Part shown: piece by piece, positions 57,987 to 64,000 of the stretch
How positions within the stretch are numbered: the first letter of the stretch is position 1
How the letters are laid out: each line of letters starts with the position of its first letter
Assembly (NCBI GenBank): GCA_951406725.2
Contig: OX597818.1
Span: 66,154,001-66,218,000, forward strand
Source of the DNA: Octopus vulgaris
Taxonomy: Eukaryota
Reading direction: 5' to 3'
DNA: 64,000 nucleotides
Notes under the pieces: generated by a model
Databases searched by the model: none
Told to the model about the DNA's origin: nothing
What the model saw: the letters and a program-made list of their open reading frames with translations, nothing else
Program-made: the position numbers and the translations under genes

Positions 57987-58472
57987 AGTATAGGAAAGAA
58001 GCTGAACGAAGATTTAACAAAATTCCTTTATTTTATTTTCGACATATGTTTCGAAGTCTGCAAAGTCCATAATTCCGATTGAATAAGGTGTCCATTTTGC
58101 AGCTTTCTCTTCAGGAAAATCCAGGAACTTAATTCCCCAACAAAATGCACAACAAGCTTTTCGACAAACGCTCACGAGGAGCCCATGACATTAATGATAC
58201 AAACTTTCTATCTATATGCGTTGACGCCAGATTGGATGAAAGCAGAAGAGATTGTCCGTTGAGATAGTTCAAGGTCAGAATCCGGTTAGCAGAAGGGGGT
58301 ACAGGAAAATCAAAGAGTGTGAATGTATTCTGTATGACTGGTGTTTATATTTGATTTATTTTAAGAATGAGTGCTAGAGTGTTTGAGTGTGAGAAATTGC
58401 CTTAATGTATGTGTGTGTGCGTCTTTGAATGCGTGACAGTGTGTTTCGAAGGCAGAAAGAGAGAGAGATAGC
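57985..58472 (-). mobile_element. ~490-bp non-coding repeat carrying a hammerhead (copy 1)
   Basis: Colinear with 60290-60788. Confidence 0.8.
58035..58120 (-). ncRNA. Type I hammerhead ribozyme, intact core, GUC site
   Basis: Minus strand: attttc-CTGAAGA-gaaagctgcaaa...tttgcagacttc-GAAAC-atat-GTC-gaaaat. Stem III/loop is palindromic (acatatgt). Confidence 0.85.
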
Positions 58473-58685
58473 AGGGATTAACGGTCAAGAAACTGAAAAA
58501 GCTGTGTCTGTGTGTTCGTATGTGACAACTTAATAGAGAGAGGGTGTCCACAATATCAATGACAGGATACAGTGTTGCTGTAGGGAATGGTAGTAGTTCT
58601 TGACAACTAGTAGTTCTTATACTAACAGGGATGAGATATCACCTTTCAAATTTTATTCAAATTTTATTAGGAAATCCAGGGGTTA

Positions 58686-58740
<55 letters not shown>

Positions 58741-58743
<3 letters not shown>

Positions 58744-60110
58744 CTTAAATCCTTAAATCCTTAAAATGTTTTAGCCCCAAGGCCGCGGCCGTGCCGGGGC
58801 ACCACCACTGAATGAGCTACACTGATATGTGAATCCACCTCTGATACGTGGCACTTTATCAACAAGGGAGTTCAATGCCGCTGCCCGCATCTGTGTCTCC
58901 TGTCGTGAGGTAGGTTCATCTGGGACCCAGCTTAGTTTTAAAGAAACCCACATCCACACCATGTAAGTCTCTCAGGCATTTAAGGAGGATGTTAAAGAGC
59001 TGTGGTCCTCTGAAACCCAAGCTGTTGCAGTATCTGGACCTGTATTTTGATTGTTATGTTGGAATCTTTGGCACCATTCAGTGGCGCCCCGTTCTTCGGT
59101 TGGGGTAACTTTGAATGCCAAAGTTTGGGACAAGACTCTCCAGGATTTTCCAGATATATATCACCGCATATCTCTCCCGCCTTTGCTCTAGAGAGAAGAG
59201 GTTTACTACTTTCAGTATTTCCCAGTAGCTGATATTTTGCATTGAGACGAACTTCTTTGTATAGATTCTTTGAATTGCTTCGATTTCTGCTGTTAGTTTT
59301 ATATTGTGTGGTGACCAGAGTTGGGAGCAGTAGTCCAAGCGGCTGAGGACGAATGTTTTCCAGAGGACCATCAGTGTCTCCTTCTCTCTTGTTCTGAAAG
59401 TTCGGAGAATCCATCCAGCTAGCCGTCTGCAATTTATCACCAGGTTAGTAATATGCACTTGGAAAGATGCATCATTGCTCATGTCAATGCCCAGGTCTAA
59501 CATTGATTTTGACTCAGGCATTGCAATTCTTCCTGGGCCAGCGTATCCAGTCTGCACGTCGTTTACCTTTGTGTGCCGGTAGCGCAGGGCTTGGGTCTTA
59601 CCTGCATTAAACTGCATGTTGTTATCCTCAGCCCACCTGTATATTGTATCCAACTTCTGTTGCAGATGCGCAATATTTTCAGGGTTTTGTATTGTGTGGG
59701 AGACTTTTGTGTCATCTGCATATCTAGCAAGGGTGGCCATCGTAGCTCCTGAGGGCATGTCTGAAAGGGCCACTATGAACAGCAGTGGCCCCAAGACAGT
59801 GCCTTGTGGAACACCGCTTGTTATTTGTGTTTCCTTGGAGAGTGGCTCCATTGCTCACAACTGCCTGACTTCTGTCTTTTAGGAAGTTGTGCAGCCACTC
59901 TCCAAGTTTTCTGCCTATGCTGAGACCACGCAGTTTGTGACATATTATATCGTGGTCGAATTTATCGTAGGCGTTTGCAATGTCGAGATATATTACATCC
60001 ACATTTGAGCCATTTAGTAGCTGTTTTAACACCCAGTCATAGTGTTGCAGGAGCTGTGTTAGGCAGCTTCTACCTGGTCGAAATCCATGCTGGGTATCAG
60101 ACAGCAAGTC
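58741..60110 (-). mobile_element. CR1-group LINE, 5'-truncated (RT domain to 3' tail)
   Basis: [41 protein letters not shown] and LDYCSQLWSP, with a frameshift near 59850. Ends in a (TTTAAGGA)n tail. Confidence 0.92.
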
Positions 60111-60135
60111 ATACATTTATGTATATATATTTGTA

Positions 60136-60176
<41 letters not shown>

Positions 60177-60209
60177 TTATGTATATATATGTATATATAT
60201 ATATATATG

Positions 60210-60247
<38 letters not shown>

Positions 60248-60256
60248 CATATATAC

Positions 60257-60288
<32 letters not shown>

Positions 60289-60289
60289 T

Positions 60290-60788
60290 TAGTGTAGGAA
60301 GAAATGGAGCCGAACGAAGATTTAACAAAATTTATTTTTATTATATTCTACATATGTTTCAAAAGCTGCAAAAACCCTAATTCGGATTGAATAAGGAGTC
60401 CATTTTACAGCCTTCTCTTCAGGAAAATCCAGGAACTTAATTCTCCAACAAAATGCACAGCAAACTTTTCGACAAACGCTCACGAGGAGCCCATGGGATA
60501 AATGGCACAAAACTATCTATCAATATGCGTTGACGCCAGGCTGAGTGAAAGCCGACGAAAAAGTTCGTTGAGATAATTCAAGGTCAAAATCCGGTTAACA
60601 GGAGTGTGGGGGTACAGAAAATCAAAGAGTGTGAATGTATTCTGTATGACTGGTGTTAATATTCGAATTGTTTTAAGAATGAGTGCTATAGTGTTTGGGT
60701 GTGAGAAATTGCGTTCATGTATGTGTGTGTGCGTCTATGTATGTGTTGGAGTGTGTTTAGAAGGCTGCAAGGGAGAGAGATATAGCAG
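60290..60788 (-). mobile_element. ~490-bp non-coding repeat carrying a hammerhead (copy 2)
   Basis: Colinear with 57985-58472. Confidence 0.8.
60343..60428 (-). ncRNA. Type I hammerhead ribozyme, intact core, GUA site
   Basis: Minus strand: ttttc-CTGAAGA-gaaggctgtaaaa...ttttgcagctttt-GAAAC-atat-GTA-gaata. Confidence 0.78.
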
Positions 60789-60839
60789 ATATATTGAAGT
60801 AGGTCAAGCAACCTACTTCAATATATATATTTGTATATA

Positions 60840-60929
<90 letters not shown>

Positions 60930-60930
<1 letters not shown>

Positions 60931-61314
60931 CTCTCTATATATAAACGGCAGTTTGTCTGTGCGTGTTTCTGTGTGTCTGTTTGCTTGTACCCTCACCCTG
61001 ATCACGGCTTTCAACCGATTCTGATGAAACTTGACACACACATAGCCCAATGTCATAATTCAAAACTAACGCAGCCAACATTTTGAAAAGTTTCCCCAGT
61101 TCTGAAAATAAACGATAAATTCGACATGGGGTCGAGAATCAGAAACACGAACCACAAACTGTCTAGGGGACGCAACTCCATCCTTTTTTAACTCTCAAAA
61201 AAAAATTTACCATCATTTTTTTCCATTTTTTTGCTATTTTTTGGCTATAACTCTCTAAAAATGCTTTATAGTTATTTCCCTTATAAACCTGAGCAACGCC
61301 GGGCGATACTGCTA

Positions 61315-61315
<1 letters not shown>
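60930..61315 (+). mobile_element. Non-autonomous Helitron
   Basis: A|TC start, 5' ~200 bp nearly identical to 21645-21844, and 3' gcaacgccgggcgatactg-CTAG|T. Confidence 0.85.
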
Positions 61316-61389
<74 letters not shown>

Positions 61390-62130
61390 AGTGTGTATAT
61401 ATGTATACATGTTTCATATATACTAACATCCCACAAGAAATCACGTTATATATTGATAAAAAACTTTTAAATCCGAAGAACCTAGTGATTGCAAATGAAA
61501 TGGAATGTTTGATTGTCACGTTCAGAAGTCATTGTATTCCATTTTCCACATCGCTCGAACTTGAACAATAGAAACACACACACACACACACACACACAAT
61601 ACACTGTCAGGGAATTTTTTGGTAAAAAGAGTATGCTTCCTGTATCGAAGGTCAAACAATCACCGAAGATCATTTGTAATTTTCAATTAAGCATGGCTTC
61701 ATCGAGATAAGCAAACTGGTTGGCCGAAGGAAACATCATTCCGCCTGCAGCCAATTACAAATCCCAGCTGGCATGTTAACTACACAACCACAAAATCACT
61801 TTTATTCATCAATAATTTTCTGATGTTTTTTAAAGTTTCTTTGCTTGGCAAACAAATGCAATTACATTAGTTTCCGATCTGAACAAGTCGGAGGATGACG
61901 ACTTTCGTAGGAAACATTTAAGACAATAATCAGAACATTTGAAACCTCGTACTTCACTTGTCAGCAAGGATGTAAGCAGTTTCACGTGTTTCTATTACAT
62001 GCTTATATACACGCATGTATATACATATGTATATATGACTATTGTTGCTTGTACGAGAGTGTGTGCGTCCGTCTGTGTATGAGACTTTAGTTATGCATTC
62101 ATATACTTTTGCATGTATATATATATATAT

Positions 62131-62181
<51 letters not shown>

Positions 62182-62724
62182 CACACACAAAATCACTTGC
62201 GTATGCATATATTTATATATTCATACTCACTCACGTTGTAGTGTAGCATTTTTACATTACTGGAATCATTGATTAAGAAGAAATATATTTGTTCTTGCCG
62301 TTTACAACTCGAAGTAGCTAAAAATTAAATTATTTTTAGTCAATCTTCGAAGAAGTGTTTGCTAATTCAATATTGGTCCAGTAAAATTTTGTTACAAATA
62401 TTTGCAGGTTGCTGTTTGTATATACATATTTAAAAAAGAAATGAAAGAAAAAAAATTGCAGCTCGTCACTCGATGTGAATGTCTTATCTGTCAGATAATA
62501 TATGTGAAGGTATGCCAAACAACATTATAGAGGATCTGGTGTAGCAAAAATTATATATATACATATATATAATTTGTTATTCTTAGTGTAGAACATTATT
62601 AACACTAAACTGCATATGCCGTTTGTTAATGAAATATCCAGATGCCTTTATCTAATCGGTCAGTTTAAATATATGCTTACTGTTATTTTATAATTTCACC
62701 CAAATAAATCCAAATATCTAATAA

Positions 62725-63955
62725 TCATTTAGTTAATGTTTTTTTATTGTTTCCTTCAATTTACTATAGACGACATTCACGTAAAGTTTACCAACTGTAT
62801 AGTTTTTGAGCATTGAATATTTTCTAATCATAATGTGTATTGAACTATATGCAACTACCAGTCGCAGTTTGCAACACATGATGTGGATGCTGAACAGGAA
62901 AACAGGTAACATGTATCCGCACTTGAACGTGGATTTTCTATTAAATTATTCATTTATCTCAGTAATTATTATGAGAGAAAACCTCGTATTCTTTTTTGGG
63001 TGCAAAACGTAAGAATGAAACTATAAAAGTTGTGAAAAATCCACTTATATTATTCCAGCTGGTTTAAAATCCTGTCACAAAATGCTGTAGAATGCAAAGT
63101 TAAAATATTTTTAGTGTCTCTAATATTCAATTTTTAAATCCTTAAAGCGTTTCAAGCTTAAAGATGTGGTGGGACAACACCATTATTTGAAATCTCCGCT
63201 GGCATTTTGCATTTGGTGTATGAGTGGCTTTGATGCTGCTGCCATTATCTGGGTGTGGTTCCTAATTTCAAAAGATTCCTTTTAAACGCTTTAGTTAAAA
63301 TATTTACTAGTTTATTGTTCTAGAATACAACATTCTTTTGTTTATATTTTAAATCGCTCGTAACAAGAAAGTTATAAATATTGTAACTACAGCGTCGGAA
63401 ATTTTGAACACAAAAATAAATTTTCTTCGACGCAAAAACAAATAAAGAATATCAACCTTAGTTTTTAACAAATTAACGAGTAAGCTATTTACCAGTTTTG
63501 CGAGTATGCTTCATACTCGCATATTTGGAAAATCGGTATAACTTTGAAAATTGTTTTATAATGACATTAATTAGGAGTGTATGGACGGTATACGTTTCTA
63601 AGCGAAAGTAATTCACGGGCAAATTAGTTTATCAAGTGCATATAATGAAGCCAGCGGACCGTGTTTCAGTGCGAGTTGAAATTCGCAAACTCCAAAAATC
63701 CATATTCGTATCTATTTGCAATCACTGACGTTTATTTCCATATCTGTTACGTACAGGTAAATTGGGAGATATAAAATATTAAAATTGTATTTATGGACAT
63801 TATTATTTTGTGAACAGTTATATAGATCTTGTAATCGGTTTTCATTTAGTTTTTTTTTTTCATTGTTCCCTCCAATTTCCTGAAGACGACATTCACGTAA
63901 CGTTTACCAACTGTATAGTTTTTGCGCATTGAATATTTCCTAATCATAATGTGTA
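62725..63955 (+). repeat. Pair of ~115-bp direct repeats (62725-62839 and 63842-63955)
   Basis: Both contain agacgacattcacgtaa.gtttaccaactgtatagtttttg.gcattgaatattt.ctaatcataatgtgta. Confidence 0.85.
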
Positions 63956-64000
63956 AATTATTTAAAATACTGGAAATCCTAAAAAAAACTGTGTAAATGG

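Overview
This is AT-rich, microsatellite-dense eukaryotic DNA with no recognisable host gene exon. The SINE families and (TA)n load suggest an octopus genome (inference, not verified). Nearly all identifiable content is transposon-derived: tRNA-derived SINEs, CR1-group LINE fragments, R4/Dong-like RLE LINE 3' ends in (TAA)n arrays, an RTE LINE, Penelope-like RT and GIY-YIG remnants, non-autonomous Helitrons, and piggyBac and Tc1/mariner relics. Most ORF-track entries are microsatellite artefacts. Four observations stand out. First, several repeat families carry type I hammerhead ribozyme motifs, some with intact cores. Second, the RTE has its 5' part inverted at a near-seamless breakpoint, matching twin-priming geometry. 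Third, a 1.6-kb ORF1-only retroelement sits between 17-bp direct repeats. Fourth, CR1-group LINEs and two SINE families share a 40-nt 3' tail. All alignments and folds were done by eye.
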